Shown piece after piece: positions 1 to 14,025 of a stretch of DNA of 64,000 bases. The notes below the pieces were generated by a model that was not told the DNA's origin, searched no databases, and saw only the letters and a list, made by a program, of their open reading frames with translations. Each line of letters opens with the position of its first letter. Position 1 is the stretch's first letter. A program made the translations under genes and the position numbers. This DNA comes from Calcarisporiella thermophila CBS 279.70 (taxonomy: Eukaryota; Fungi; Calcarisporiellomycota): the NCBI RefSeq assembly GCF_041956535.1, contig NW_027192197.1, positions 951,647 to 1,015,646 of the forward strand, read 5' to 3'.

Positions 1-3000
1 GCTGGACACCCATATTGAATACATCACTGCTAGCCTCTTCTTTCCATTCAAATATTGCACCCATTACATTAACGAGACAGAGGACAAGTTGATCCTTACG
101 CGTCCTATCGTTATTGCGGGACATCTGCCGCCAGGCAAGTTTAGCGATCATATGCGCAAATGCAAAGCGAGTTGGAACATCCACTGTCTCAATGGCCTCG
201 CATAGCATTGCAGATGCTCTTTCTAGATTCTCGTACTGCTCTTCGACATGTGACCTCAATAATATAAGCTCAGGAAATTGCGGATGCACCAACTGCGCAG
301 TGTCAATAATCTCACGCACATCGTCAACGGGTCTCTTACACGAAATAAGGAACTCAATATAATTACGAAGTAGTGCAACATAGCAAGCACGGGCATCCTG
401 ATCTTCCCCATTTTCCACGAAACCAACCCAAAAACCGATTATCGACAAAAAGAGACTATTTATGGTGTCTTCTACTGCCGGAACGAGTGCTACGGTATTC
501 CATTGAACAAGGAAGAGTTGGCGTTTAACCATATAGCGATGTGGGTCGGAATGAAACATTTCTGGGGGCAGAGTATTGTGAGCAAGCAAGTGCAAATAGG
601 CTAGCCAACAGATGGTTAAGTCTAGTGGACGGAGAAGCGCAAAGGAGGCAGTTTCGTCAAGTGATGAATTTAGCTCGTCAAAGGCTGTGTGTTCAGATTC
701 CTCAGATCTAAGCAATAAATTCTTGTCACTCGTGGATAAGAAATTCCATAGCCGGAATTTTGCTCTAGAAACATCTCTATTATGGAGAGGTACCAGCGTA
801 AATTGAAGGGCAATATCCAAACAAAGTCTGGACCGAATATTGGGGTCTATATTGAAGAAATAGATAGATTAGTTTAAAAAACTAGAGATATAATCAACGA
901 TAGTAAATCTACCTGAACTATATGATACCCCGCCAGGCATTAAAAATGATTCAAATATATTCCGTAAGACTGTGTCTCTGGAGCTTTGATATTTCTCCCA
1001 AACGTATTGTTTCCATCGCAATGAGATGCTTGTAGGTGCAATCTGTATTGATTGATCAAAAAGTTTGCGTACGACCTTTTCGCTACTCTGACGTAGGCAA
1101 TGAAGCTCCAAGTAAAAATTCCACAGCCATTCTGATTCTGGATTAATTGTGAGGGCTCGTGATAATACTGCCAAAGCCTTATCAAAGGTCGAATTATTTG
1201 TTTGAGAGGCTACATTCTTAATGTCTGAGAGGCACGACATTGCATATAATATCCACAGTTCAATATCGTGCTTGCGTTGTTTCACCGCCTTCTCATAATC
1301 CTCTTTGGTACCATGTTGAAAATAGCGTGTCTCAAGGAGACTGGAGCTTTCATTTACAGCGAGATAAATTCCACGAACTGTAATGGGATAAAGCAGAGGC
1401 TTGAAAGTTATGGCGGCCGTCGTCGAAGTCTCTGATGCCTCAGGCGTGCTATGTTTATACCATTCGTAATTGCTTTGATTTGGTGCGAGCCTCTGTTCAT
1501 TATTGGATATCGTAATATCAGATGCAGATCCCTCTTTGGCACGCAGAGCGGAAAAATTGGAACAGGGCTTGTTAGCAAGGCATTTCTTACGGTGTTCTAT
1601 GATATGGGTTGCAAGAGAATCGAATGGAGGCATTGGATTGACATGTTTTAGTTCATTAATGGAGTCATATAGGTTTCTGTAGTATTTAGCACGCGCTTCA
1701 GATTCGGATTGGCAACCTGGTATGCGATTTAAGATCTCTTCATCGCAATACTTAGCCAAGTCAAGTAAAATATCTATATCTAATGATTTGAAGTTCAAAT
1801 AAAAGGTATTTAGATTTGGGAAAATAGCCATTGTTACCTGATCGATTGAAATCACGAAAATGCCGCGAAGTGCATCTGTCATCATTGCAGACACCACCCG
1901 ATAGTTCGTACTGGCATAGAATTGCAAACGGATCTGTTTTCTCTGTGAAAGTTTCTGACCGATATCCTCCCGTTTTGGCAACCCCCAGATAATCTGTATT
2001 AAACCGAAAAGACCGAAATTGGGATAGCGGGTTTACAAAAGGAGTGAAACGCTTGATTTGAGGTGATGAAGATAACGGTTTGTTGGGCTAATTATAAAGG
2101 GAGAATATAAAGAATAATTCATACAACCAGTGCTTCAAAAGTACTTACACTACGATTCAATATATGAGATTTTGCAGTTTCCTTTTCTCGTTTTGAAATA
2201 TTTCCAGTAGCTGCATCTTGAGGTTCCGGTTCTAAATCCATAGCAAGTGCTGAAGGTGTCAAGAGATCCTCACTTATTACAATGAAATCGTTGATCTTGA
2301 CAAAGTATTCAATGGTCTGTGGACGATTCAATACAGTGACCAGATCTTTTGGAGCTAATGAAGTTTCTCTGTTATTACGAGGAACGGTCTCCGGGTTGGT
2401 CGCATTTTTGAACACTTGTAAAAATTCATTTATATCCACTAGTCTATCTTGGCCACCGGAGGAAAGAGCATTTAATGTGACAACTTCGGTAGTCACTTCT
2501 TGGGGTGATGTTTTTACACGTTTAAACTCCGGGACAACAGATTCCTTCACGACTCCATGCCTATCGGTAACATAATCTGCTGCAGCTTGGCGCTTAACAC
2601 CCACAGTTGTCAATTGAGTCTTGGTTTCCGTTTTGACACCACTAATTTTCTCCACTTGTCCTAGGGAATTGTGGGCAGTTTGAGCAAAAGATTTGTTAGG
2701 GGCCGCATTTCCAGTATCTAGGGCAGAAGATAAATGTTCAACGTTCGCATTGCGCGTTGTTTCTGAAGAGGGTTGGGTTAATATGACAGTCTCCGATTGT
2801 CCCTCTAGTTCCCTACTATGGCTTCGATTGCGACTGGGGCTGCGGCTCTGCACATATTCTTCATCATCAGTTTCTAACTCCATTGATTTAACTGATGGGG
2901 ACGAATCAGCTGATGCACCCATTTGAATGGCGGCGGTATTCGTTGAAGGATCCAGAGCTGAGGTTGTCATCGACACTTCGGTCAAAGGAGTAGCACTTGG

Positions 3001-4710
3001 AGTCACCGCCAAGGAGGAGGATTCGAATCGTTTTTTGCTGATTTGGATTCGCTTTTCAGTCAGTGCTAACTGCACTGAAAGTAATCGTTTTTTCTCCTCT
3101 AATAAACGTCCAGATACAAAAGTTGTGCGCGTTGTTAAAAATTGCTTTTGCTTCGTGAGTGAACGTGATTTCGATTCAGCTTGCCGCAGCTGTTCACGGA
3201 GTCGTGCTATTAACCGTTCTGTTTCAGAGAGCTCAGATTCTTTCTCTTCGAGCTGGGTCCGTATAGTTGCCAAATCGTTTTCATAAGTTGCAACTACCTT
3301 TTCCACTCTGGCAAGTTGCTCCTCTTGAGCCTTAATATCATCATCGGTGATCGGTGGAATCTGTTTAGTTGATTCCGGAAAAGTAGCATTGACATTTGGC
3401 AGGGAATTTTGTTGCGATGGACCAGGGTTACTTGATGATAAAACCGCTGTAGGAATATAAGTAGAGTCTTGTATCGTGGCAAGCGTGGGGGTATTGCTCA
3501 TTGACTTGCCCGATTCACCGTTTGATTGGAATGAGTCCTCGTTAGAGCTCTGCAGAATAGGCGTCGTTTCTGCAGAGGTTAAATTGGATGCTATTGCTCT
3601 CTGTTTTTGCTCCATTCTCGATATGGTTTTCATCATCTGTTCTATTTCGCGCTCTTTCTCAAGCAGCCTTTGGCGTGCAGCCATCCTAGCCCGATCTTCC
3701 TCAGAATCCTGACCTCGGGCTACAGCTGGCGGTATCTGGGCTTGAAGTTGTATTTTCTGAACTTGTAACCGCTGACGGCTTTTTCGTAATTCCTCAAGAT
3801 ATTCTTCATCTTCCTCCTCAGAGTTGTCGCTTAGTTCAATAATAAAAGGGCGCATCTCAGGAAATAGAGGACGTGGTGCAATTAAATTCGACGGCTGTTT
3901 AACGGTGCGAGCTGTTTGAGGTTGAGATGGGAGAGAAGAGAAAGGCATAGAAGAGACAGCCGCATTCTCTGAAGAGATCATTGATGTAGAAGTGGTGGCA
4001 GGATAATTTGTACCGTTAATATATTCGCTGTTACGTGGTTGTTCTCTGAAAAAATCCATTCTTGTATTATCACCACGCATCAGTTCGCCCTCGTATGAAT
4101 TGTAATTCGAATGCATCTCCAAGTAATTTCGTAATTCTTGCGCTTCCTTCAATTTATTTTCTAAAAACAGAAATTTGCAGAGAAGTATAGGGATGAGCAT
4201 CCGGGAAAATAAAAAAAAGAGTTCTGATTCTTGTTAGTAACAACACGTACCGAGTTTCTTTTTCCGCTTCCGTTGTTTTTTCAATGCATTACGATACTGA
4301 CGTTGACGATAATCGAAAGGTTGTCCGGAATGAGCTTGAGGATGTATAGGGCGAGGTGGGAATTTTAATGCAGGGTTAAGGTAAGCTGATGAGGCTACTG
4401 AACCCCAAGGTGCAAAAGCGTATGAAGGAGAATTCTGTAGGTTAGAATCTCCATTCTCTACTTCCTCAGGGTGCTGATCTCTGTCACTAAGTTCACCATC
4501 TTCTTTATCAGAATCTGCATTAGGATTACTCGTCGGGCTTGCGATATTTTCCAATGGTGAGCCCGGCTTTGATGCAGCAGACATACTCGAGCTTGATCCT
4601 TGAAGTGTACGTCGCGTCATCATCGCAGCGCGCCGTAATGCCTCCAAATCAGGCAATTGTGGGACGCTGGGCTCCGGATTTAACCTCTCCTTGTCCTTTT
4701 CTATGTTCAT
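1..4710 (-). CDS. ZFC3H1/Red1-like zinc-finger protein (PAXT/MTREC nuclear exosome adaptor); multi-exon, 3' end runs off the window
   Basis: Exons ~4710-4250 and ~4160-2140 carry the EDGELSD motif and a long coiled coil. A frame missed by the ORF track at ~2040-1840 reads FVNPLSQFRSFRFN...LCQYELSGGVCNDDRCTSRHFRD (zf-C3H1 signature). Helical HAT/TPR-like repeats follow (ALAVLSRALTINPESEWLWNFYLEL). Confidence 0.85.
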
Positions 4711-4851
4711 AAGTCAGTGTGATCAAATATGTTAATTCTAGCGGTATGTCACTATTTTAGAAAACAAGATAATTGGCGCAGCAACAATTTGAATAGAATT
4801 TCAAGTCAATCAAATATATAAATTACCATAAGTAATAAAAGTAATAAAGCA

Positions 4852-6192
4852 ATGAACACAAAGACCATTTCCAAGGTTTGTAAACCTTAGACTTAATAAT
4901 TTTGAGTTGAATTTGATTTTTTATGACGATGGATATATTCTTTCTTTATCTTAGGTATCTATAAACAATTTTGAGCCTCATCCTGTTGGATTCGGCGCAG
5001 GTCCCATTGGAGGCAAATATGGTTCCATCAATGACGAAATTGCATTAGAAGCGGTCAGAAAAGCCCTTGAACTAGGTATGCAGCTTTGATTAACACGAAA
5101 ATTTAGTACAATTATTAACTCCTCTTGAATTCTTAGGAATTAACTATTTCGACACTGCACCTTATTACGGAGTTAGTGAATATCGTCTAGGAAAAGCCCT
5201 TGAGGCATTAAAGGATCAGTTTCCACGCGAAAGTTACTACATTTCGACTAAAGTTGGACGGTATGGTGACCGTCGGGAAGATTTCAACTTCACTGCCTCT
5301 ACGGTTCGTCAGAGTATAGAACGCAGCATGGAGCGTCTAAAGACTGAGTATCTTGATATTGTGATCTGTCATGATGTGGAATTCGTGGAACTTGATGAAG
5401 TGGTTGGGAAAGGAGGCGCGCTTGAAGCGCTGTTTCAGCTTAGGGTAAAGAGCTTTGATTTAATTTCTTGCTCTAATGTATTTAATTTAAGCATAGAAAT
5501 GTTTGTTTTCTCTAAATAGTCTGAAGGCAAAATTCGTTGGATAGGCATAAGCGGTAAATAAGCTTCAGTACTTGCTTTTTGTTTGTGTTCCTGCTCATCT
5601 ACTCTGTGCTTTTTTTTTAATCATCCTACTATATTTACTCTTAGGCTATCCGCTTCCTTCTCTTCTTAAAATAGCCCAGTATCAATATGAACAGATGAAG
5701 CCTTTGGATATTGTTCTCTCTTATTGTCACTATACTCTGCAAAATACCCTCTTCTCCTCTGCAGCACCACAGTTTCTCACTTATGGCATTCGTTGGCTAA
5801 TAAATGCCTCGCCGATTGGAATGGGCCTTCTTCGCGATAACGGGCCTCAGCCTTGGCATCCAGCCTCTCCAGACCTCCTCGACGCTTGCCATAAGGCCTC
5901 GGCTTTTTGTAGGGAAGTGGGTGTAAATCTGCCCCAACTTGCAATGAAATTTGCATACGAAGCAGTGCCACAAAAATTTGTAACCACACTAGTTGGCTGC
6001 TTGGAACCCAAGGAAGTGGAATGCGCTTTGGAAAGCTGGCTCCAGGTAATCAATCGACGCGCAGAAGGCAATTCTGGAGAGAGTGCAGTTATATCAAATG
6101 AAAATGAACGATATGCCCTAGAGAGAGTAAAATCCATTCTTGCTGCTCATAAGGATGAAACATGGCCTTCACCGCCTCCTAATTTTAAGTAA
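4852..6192 (+). CDS. Aldo-keto reductase, L-galactose/D-arabinose 1-dehydrogenase-like (Ara2-like)
   Basis: Spliced product MNTKTISK|VSINNFEPHPVGFGAGPIGG...GINYFDTAPYYG...STKVGRYG...ICHDVEF...LSYCHYTL. Catalytic D/Y/K/H tetrad present; 4 GT-AG introns. Confidence 0.9.
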
Positions 6193-6467
6193 AATAGAAA
6201 TATGCATGTATAGGCACTTTGAAAAGAATTTAGTCATAATAGTCATAATAATAAACGAAATAGATTTCCTTTTTAACAAAATTTTTCCAAAAAAGGTAAG
6301 TAAACTCGTATATTAGCGAGGAAAGAAAAATGAATTGAGTATATGTAGTGGTATTTGCATATTCTTGAAAACGATAAATGGTCCAAAAAATAGAAAAATA
6401 AAATAAAATAAGATAAAATGCTGAAAATAGTGCAGCATCTTATGCTCATTAGAAAGTTTTGCTTTTC

Positions 6468-8243
6468 CTAGAGTTCAGCATGAGGTCTTCGCTCAAATTT
6501 GAGTTCTTGGCCGGTCACACGGCGATATATATCTTTGACATCACTATACACTGACTCGAAGTGCGAGGTGGCATCATAGCTACGCGAAATAAATAGTTGA
6601 TCCTGCTTTCCATTGGAAATGGGTTCTTCAATGGGAGATACAGCGATAAACCTGGAAACAATTGACTAGTTTAGCTTAAAGATAAAAAACCTAGTGAACT
6701 AAATGAATAATCACTTTTCTTCAATTGGGCCCAGAAGTTCAAGCCCAGGGGCAATCTCCTTCTCTGGGTTGCTGGTCTCGGCTATGGTCGAAACAATTGC
6801 TAAATAATATCCCTCAGGGCAAACGTTGTGAGTAGCGGACACACATGCAATATAAATATCTAAACATCGATGAGTATTCTTGTTCACCTAATCTCAAACC
6901 ATCAACATAACAATACCGTGTTGCCGACCCACTTGATTCTGAGGAATAATGAGTTGCATCGAATTTGAATTGTCTGTGTTCGGGATTGGATGCTTGAGAA
7001 TGCAAATGGCGCGTACTTGTGAGCCGACTTTGCGAACTTTATTGGGCGCGTAAGAAGGATCACAGATAATTTGCTTGCACTTGGCAATCTAAACACCAAT
7101 TGATGAAAACCTGTTTTGTTAATCTATCAAAAGTGAAGCAAAACCAGTTACCTCTTGACCAGATCGCACCCCTTGTACTTTCCCATTAGAGTCGAATACT
7201 ATTTCATCCACTCGCTTATCCAACATGTATGTTCCACCGTATATTGCACTTAGCCTAGCGAAAGCTTGAGGAAGCTCGCCAAGTCCATAGAGTGGATAAA
7301 TATACGGACTCTTGCCGTAGCGTTCCATTGAGGATATATAAAGAAGAATACGATCATAAGTCTCGCGTGCTGGTTGATTTAGATAAGCATCATCGAGATA
7401 CAACGCTAAGGCGTGACCAATGAAGTCTTGCGTTCCCGATTCAAGTCCAAACTTTTTGTAGACTTCGATCATAGGAGTATTTTCAAGATTGATACCTTCA
7501 AGGGAAAAACTAATTGATGTTCTAGCCAAATAGTTCTAAAAATATTTCAATTTACCTTGATGAGTAGAAGGATCCTCATCCTGCCAATTCTGAATGAACT
7601 CGAAAAATTTTTTTGCACGTTGCTTCTCTTGTAAGCTCATAATTGGAGAGGCTAGTGCCTCCATCTCTGTCGCTGGAACTTTAGAAATGCGACCATCACG
7701 ATACACGTACGATCCCTCAATTTGCTTAAATTCAAGATAGCGGGTCACATCTGTATGCACAAGTATCTTCACAAGCTCGCCATTCTAAATTGCATTTAGT
7801 GCAATATAACACAAAACGGAAAACAATTTTAGTATGGAACATATAATCATAAGCAATTAGGATAACGATAATATTTACAGCCATCATAAATTTTGGGATG
7901 AGGTCAATACTCCAATCCCGTTCGCGTCCAAACTTAGATGGAGGCTGTTCTTTTTCGCGGAATTTACGATAGAACTAAAGAGCCGATGTGAGATATTAGT
8001 TAATATTAGTATTATTTGTATCTATATAACAATATTAAAACCTGTGCCAACTTCAAACTGGCGCTTTCACCTCCGTAGTAATCATTACGGTCCATATGCA
8101 ACACTTTTTTCCCCTCAGTGGAGAGCAAGCCAGAGAGAATGCACTCGGTTAGACCAGTACCGAGGACAATCACATCATATTCTTCATCCTATATAAAGCG
8201 TAAGTCATAGGTTATAAAAGAGGTAATGTTATGAACTAACCAT
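6468..8243 (-). CDS. GDI1: Rab GDP-dissociation inhibitor
   Basis: First coding exon is ATG alone, then [40 protein letters not shown]; [30 protein letters not shown]; SYDATSHFE near the C-terminus. Confidence 0.97.
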
Positions 8244-8418
8244 GGAGATTGCAGTCTAATTTACTGGAATAAAACTGGGTAATTAAAAAGTTGGAGAAAA
8301 AAGAAAGACGCGTCAGAACTCCGAATTCATATTGGTTATATTAGTTGAGGGAAGTCAGATTTAATTTTATTTGATTTTACAAATTGATTAGAAAATCATC
8401 GAAAATATTAATAGAGTT

Positions 8419-9586
8419 TTATTCCACATTTTTCTTTGTATGGCGGGGTTTCTTGTATATTAGCTCTTTTCTCCCTTCTCGCTGAGCAGAGTAACGAGAT
8501 GCAGTAAATAAGAAGTCGCTTAGTCTAAGGATAACGATTTCATCTTAGTTAAAAATTTTCTCGAAATGGATGTTCATTGATATTTATTTTACCTATTCAA
8601 GTACACACCCACTGTGGTATCAACGTAACCCTGTTGTACCAGAGGAGCTACTCTCCTTTCTGCTCGACGACAAATAGATCGAGCAAGGTGAAGAACAGAG
8701 CTGGCTTTACCACCGGACTATGATAAAAATGTATTAGAAATTTCAAGGAAAATCTGATGAGGTTGTGGCTCACCGGTAAAATAAAATTTCTTAAAGGAGG
8801 AAGCTCCATATCCATCTCGTCGATCCAGCTCTCGAGGTCATGAACATGCTCACCATTGGGGTCAAATTCGGTTCGCGCTATCATGTTCAAATCAAACATA
8901 TAAGATGCTCAAGATTTTGATAATCTATGCAAAAAGCAATGATATATACCCAGGCGGGCTTCGCTAGCAGAATTACGGGGTGTAGCGATATTGGAGCCAA
9001 TATCTTGCAGAAGACATTGTATCTGAAGAATATATTGAGATTCATGTAGTGGATAAGAGAATTATGGAAGGATTCTAATCCTTACTTTCTCCAATTTTTC
9101 AAGTATCTTAAACTGATGTGAATCTTCAAGGAATTCCCTCGCTAGGCTGGAAAATAGAGCGTGAATTAGTTACAACGGTTATTTGAGTTAATAAGAATTT
9201 ATTTACCCGATGCACGAAGTTAATTCATCAGTAGTTCCCAGCGCTTCAAAAATTGCATCATCTTTGGGCCGGCGTTCGCCAGTGAATAATGAAGACGTTC
9301 CTAATAGGGAATGGCAAATGGTAAATGATAAACCGAGGCCTATAATATCCAAGGATTCATGTTTCCTTACCTTTGTCCCCAGTTTTGGTATAAACTTTCA
9401 CATTATTAATTGACACGCTTTATCCCACATCAATTGTCTTTAATTAAGATACATGTAATAACTAGGAAAAAAGATAATTTACCTTGTACTCGTCAAGAAT
9501 GAACGAGTTGGAATAGCATTGAAATTTCTGAGAACGGGCCCAGCGCCTAATCTTAATAAATTTCGAAAGGCCATCGAGCGATACAT
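8419..9586 (-). CDS. MMAB: ATP:cob(I)alamin adenosyltransferase (PduO/MMAB type) with mitochondrial presequence
   Basis: Spliced product [22 protein letters not shown]... (Arg-rich, no acidic residues), then [69 protein letters not shown]. Confidence 0.95.
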
Positions 9587-10226
9587 CCCTACATTGAAGT
9601 CTTTTGTGATCAAGTAAATGCAATGCAGTCACTCGCATCTACCACATTTAAGGAATCGAAATTCCCAAATTGCCACCATCTCAAAACCAAAAACTTCTGA
9701 CAATCCGAACTCTTCACTCAATTATAGATTTTTTTCGTTTTTCTTTGTAATATTGAAACAGTCGATTATATAATGAAAAAAATCCTTCTTCTTAGAATAT
9801 TTCTACTTCTTTCTGTATAATGTGAAAATACCAGATAAAAATTCCAAACTGGATGTTAATAGGATTCTAATTGAAATTAACTATATTCTAAAGATTGCTA
9901 AACGTTCTAAGTTATTCTTTAAATAGTTCAATCGAAAGATATCTGAGACTTGTTGCACTCTTAATATATTAAAAGATTGTATAAATATATATTTTTCCAG
10001 GATAGGAGCATATTCCTAGAAAAAATTTTAACTCGTAAAGGGAAATAGGATGGAATTATATACAAATAATAAAAAGATGAAACAAGAGAAATCTCCTAAC
10101 ATAGAAGAGCAGGGAAGGCAACTGTTCTTTTTCATGTCTCATAATTTTTTTTAATTCTAGCATTTTTGTGTATTCGAAATAATAAACAAAATTAAAGTTG
10201 TCACGAAAATGGCCGGATTCACAAGC

Positions 10227-13182
10227 TCATGTATACGCGTGGGCGGGAATCGCATTAGCAGCCTAGTAATATATAAAATTTATACAAGCTTTCATATAAT
10301 GAGAATAATAGTATAAAATACCTTAAGTTGATGGAATATTGTGAGGGCTTGCTGCATATCCCACCCATTCTCGCTAAGACATTGTACTGAAAAATGATAA
10401 TTCAGGCCGGTTTGACGCGAAAGCTCAAGTGCTTGTGCATGCTGAGCATCATTCTATTGAAAGTAACCCATTAGCGTGTTTAAAAAAAGTATTTAGAAAA
10501 TAAGAGAAGAGTTTACCAGTCCAACCATACGAGCTGGCTCAGCACCAGAAGATTGGGGTGGTTGTGCAGGAGGAGCAGACGCTCCCGAAGCTGGCGCTGT
10601 TTCTGTCTCTGGTTGCCAAGCCGTATTGCCAACATGAAATCGCACCACCAATAAATCAGATATGATCACATATGGCCAGCCAGCTTGCTGCGCTTTAGAC
10701 CCTGGATGTGCAGGCGCAATTACAAAAGTACGGTCAAAACTGCGAGATACAGGAGGTTGTTTGGTTCCTGGAGGAGCTGGCTCGGTAAATTCCCCATGAA
10801 GCACAAGGAAAATAACGGGCCCACCAGCACCCCCTACGGATTGGATTTGGAAGGAGTCAATGCAGAATTTGGAGGGGTCACTTAGATCGTGTACAGTACT
10901 CGGTAATTGACCAATAGCTCGTGCAATATCGACGCTACCGATATGTACATTACCCATACGTCGCGCTGGAATAAAAAAAAAGAGGCGTGGTGAATTTGAT
11001 AGTAAACAACCTTAGCCATATCTCCTTAACTTACTTGTATCTTTGATACGGGTTAAATTTCTGCTTCCAGAGACATAGGCTCCCCATTCAACTCTCCCTG
11101 AATATCTCTTGCCCGTCTGAGGGATTGTAGTATTGACTGAGTGCGAAAACAGGCCATTGGGATCATAAAGATCCATAAGCATCGCACGATTCGTGTCGTA
11201 AAGATTGAAGAATCTAGTCGAAATTAATAGTATTTGGAGAGAGGAAAATGAATCAAACCGCAACCTTAAAGGCAATGAGCGTTAATACTAACTTTGTCAG
11301 AAAGTCCTGAATAGCTATACGTGTCCCATCCGAATCGAAAAAATTTCCTTTTACAGTCTCCGGTAGCGTGACTTTGCCATCGCTTGCAAATTCAGTCTCG
11401 CCAAAATCGAATTGAATCGATGGGAGCACCTGTTGACCATCCAGCATTTTTAAAGAAGGGAACCGCCGCGTTATTTCACTAAATAGGGATGAGTAGTCAG
11501 CCAATAAAGGCACAGAAACTTTGCAAAGTTTGGGAGCAGCTACCTTCGATAAGTTACATCATCACCCGATTTTTGGATCTCGTTTTGACGTAGGGGGTTG
11601 CCTAGCAACACCAATTCACGTAAATTCGGCAGCTTTTGGTTTCCGCTTAGCGCTTCAAGGTCAATATATCGGCTAATGTTGTTGTTCTCTAAAGAAAGAT
11701 TCTTGATTTGTGGCAAAAATTGTGCAATCGTAGAGATTGACTGAACGTTTCGCAGTTTATTGGAAGCGAGAGAAATAGTTTCAATCTATAATTATAAAGA
11801 TGAAATAAAATCTTCATCATAATATAAACAGCAACAAGGAGTTTAAATATACATACTTCTGGAAAAGTTTCTGAAATTAACTTCATTATCACCGGGCCTA
11901 TATTGCTGTGAGGGCCCGCCGTACCAGGGCCTTTGATACCAGCTCTTATTAAATTTGGATCTGAATCAATATCATTCAGATTTAAAAACTTGGAAGCTGC
12001 ATCGTATCTAGATTGAAGAAATTGGCGTAATACATCGATAGTTCCTATTTTAGGTGTCGATGACTGATCTCTCCGTGGCAATCGAATAATAAGCTGCAGT
12101 AAATAAAAAGCAGGGCAAGGATTTGAATAAAAGAATAGGTGTTAAAAAAGTCGTTCTCAAAGTACCTTGCTCCCTGCAAATCGGATTCCACTCAATTTTT
12201 CCAATGATTTTGCAATACTAATATTTGGTACCCGAAGATGCATGACATTGTTGTCATAGCGAATCTAAAAAATGGAGTTAAAAAGTCAATATTTTCAACG
12301 CACATGTCTATACACATAGACCCATATTTAAGTAAACTAACATTGGATTGTAAAACGGATATATTGGACTTCCTCTTGATAAAATCAATAAATGCCTCTT
12401 CAGTACCGCCACTGTAGCCAGTGATCTAATGAATGAAAAAAAAAAAAATAGATATATTGTTAGATATATTGTTGATATAGGAAACTGTGGAAATTTAGAA
12501 TGGTATCAAAATGAGCTTAATATCTCCGTAGTAGATTTTCTTGCCCTCTCAACAAAAAAAAGAAATTAAACGGGCAATAATATCTTGTTGGAGAGATGTC
12601 GATAGAATACAAATATACATATTACACATTATAATGCAACGAAAATATAATGCTATTTGGTATATGCTACAAAAGTTTATAGAATACCCACAGTTAATTC
12701 GATCCCATTTTGATTATCTGTCATCATTGTGTCGGCATTATTCACGGAGGATACAGGACGCGATCTACCATAAGGATTACTAAAAATAAAAATTTAACAA
12801 GTTTGTAAGTTAGAGTCTTAGAAGATTGAAAGAGTAATCGGCTTGAAAAGAAAGAAATGTTTTAAGGAACAATAGTATCTCTAGATAACACTTACAATCT
12901 TGAAGGAGGATTTGATGCAGTACCCATTGCTAGATCACCGTCCTTATCCTCTCTAATCGTGCGTCCACTCCCTTTGATGTTACCCCCTGCGCTACGACCA
13001 GTCCGACTTTTGAAGGAGCTTCGAGCGGGACCACCTCCCGAGTGGCGATCATTTCTCAAAGAAGGATTAGCAAACGCAGCTGTGCTGGTATCGATGCGAG
13101 AGAGCACTGATGATCCTGTTTGATTACCACTTCCACGACCGCCTCCTCGTCCTCCGCGACCTCCTCCTCTTGAGCTGGACAT
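10227..13182 (-). CDS. MEX67: mRNA export factor Mex67/NXF1
   Basis: RGG-rich N-terminus, RRM-like region, LRR (YDAASKFLNL; RFPSLKMLDG), NTF2-like domain (LHGEFTE...RSFDRTFVIAP), and TAP-C/UBA exon (LSRQTGLNYHFSVQCLSENGWDMQQAL). Confidence 0.93.
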
Positions 13183-14025
13183 GATCGGAGAAATATTCTA
13201 AGGGTGAGATCTTGAAAATTGCTAAGAGATAATTTAGGACGTGTAGCGATGGCTTATACTCTATTTATTTTAGCTGAGAAACCAAGCCATATTTCAAAGT
13301 CAGCTTTGGGTGTGCATACATTTATCATTAAAGTAAATATTGGGGTTTGGAAGGTGAACCGATTGGAGAGCATGGGGTAGTATCCATAATATGCCTCAAG
13401 GATTAACAAGATTTTGCAAAGGTTGAGAGCAGATATTGAAGGTTTTAGAATTAGCTAGTTGAATATTAGAGCAATATTTATAGAAAATTTAGAGATGTTA
13501 AAAGAGGATATTTTTGAATTTACACTACATACGCTTTTTTACAAATTAATGGCTCCTTCCAACTTGAAGTGATCTGTCAGCAATATATGACTTATAAATC
13601 GAATCACTTTATTATGAAAGACTCCATTCATTTGCATCAAACTAGCAACTTTGGTTGAATAATCGAAGCAATATCATGTTTATCGTTATTAAGGAATGAA
13701 AAGATTGCTGAGAAGTACATGACCCTGCATGTGTAGTAGAGCATAACTAGTTTAATATGTGTTCGATATCTTAAGTCTAGACACCTGATTTTGTTATATA
13801 AGGTGATTCAGAGAAAGATTGGGTTAAAAGGATATTTTATAAGAAAACGTGATATAAAAATATAAATAAAATTTCACAAAAGAAACTTACAATTCAAGAG
13901 TTAAAAGAGAAAGCTCTAATAAATGAAAAAAAAAAATGAGTTGTGTATGAAGAGGGGCGTTGCAGAATATAATAAAAACAAAGTATAAAAACATATTTTT
14001 TATGTGAAACGGATGAAATGGTGTG

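Noticed and set aside
1840-1981. N-terminus of the 370-aa ORF as a separate gene start
   Set aside because: The true frame there encodes the C3H1 finger; the ORF only becomes coding after the intron near 1838-1780.
4872-4888. Near-palindrome AAGGTTTGTAAACCTT over the first AKR donor site
   Set aside because: A short AT-rich stem is expected by chance in 64 kb.
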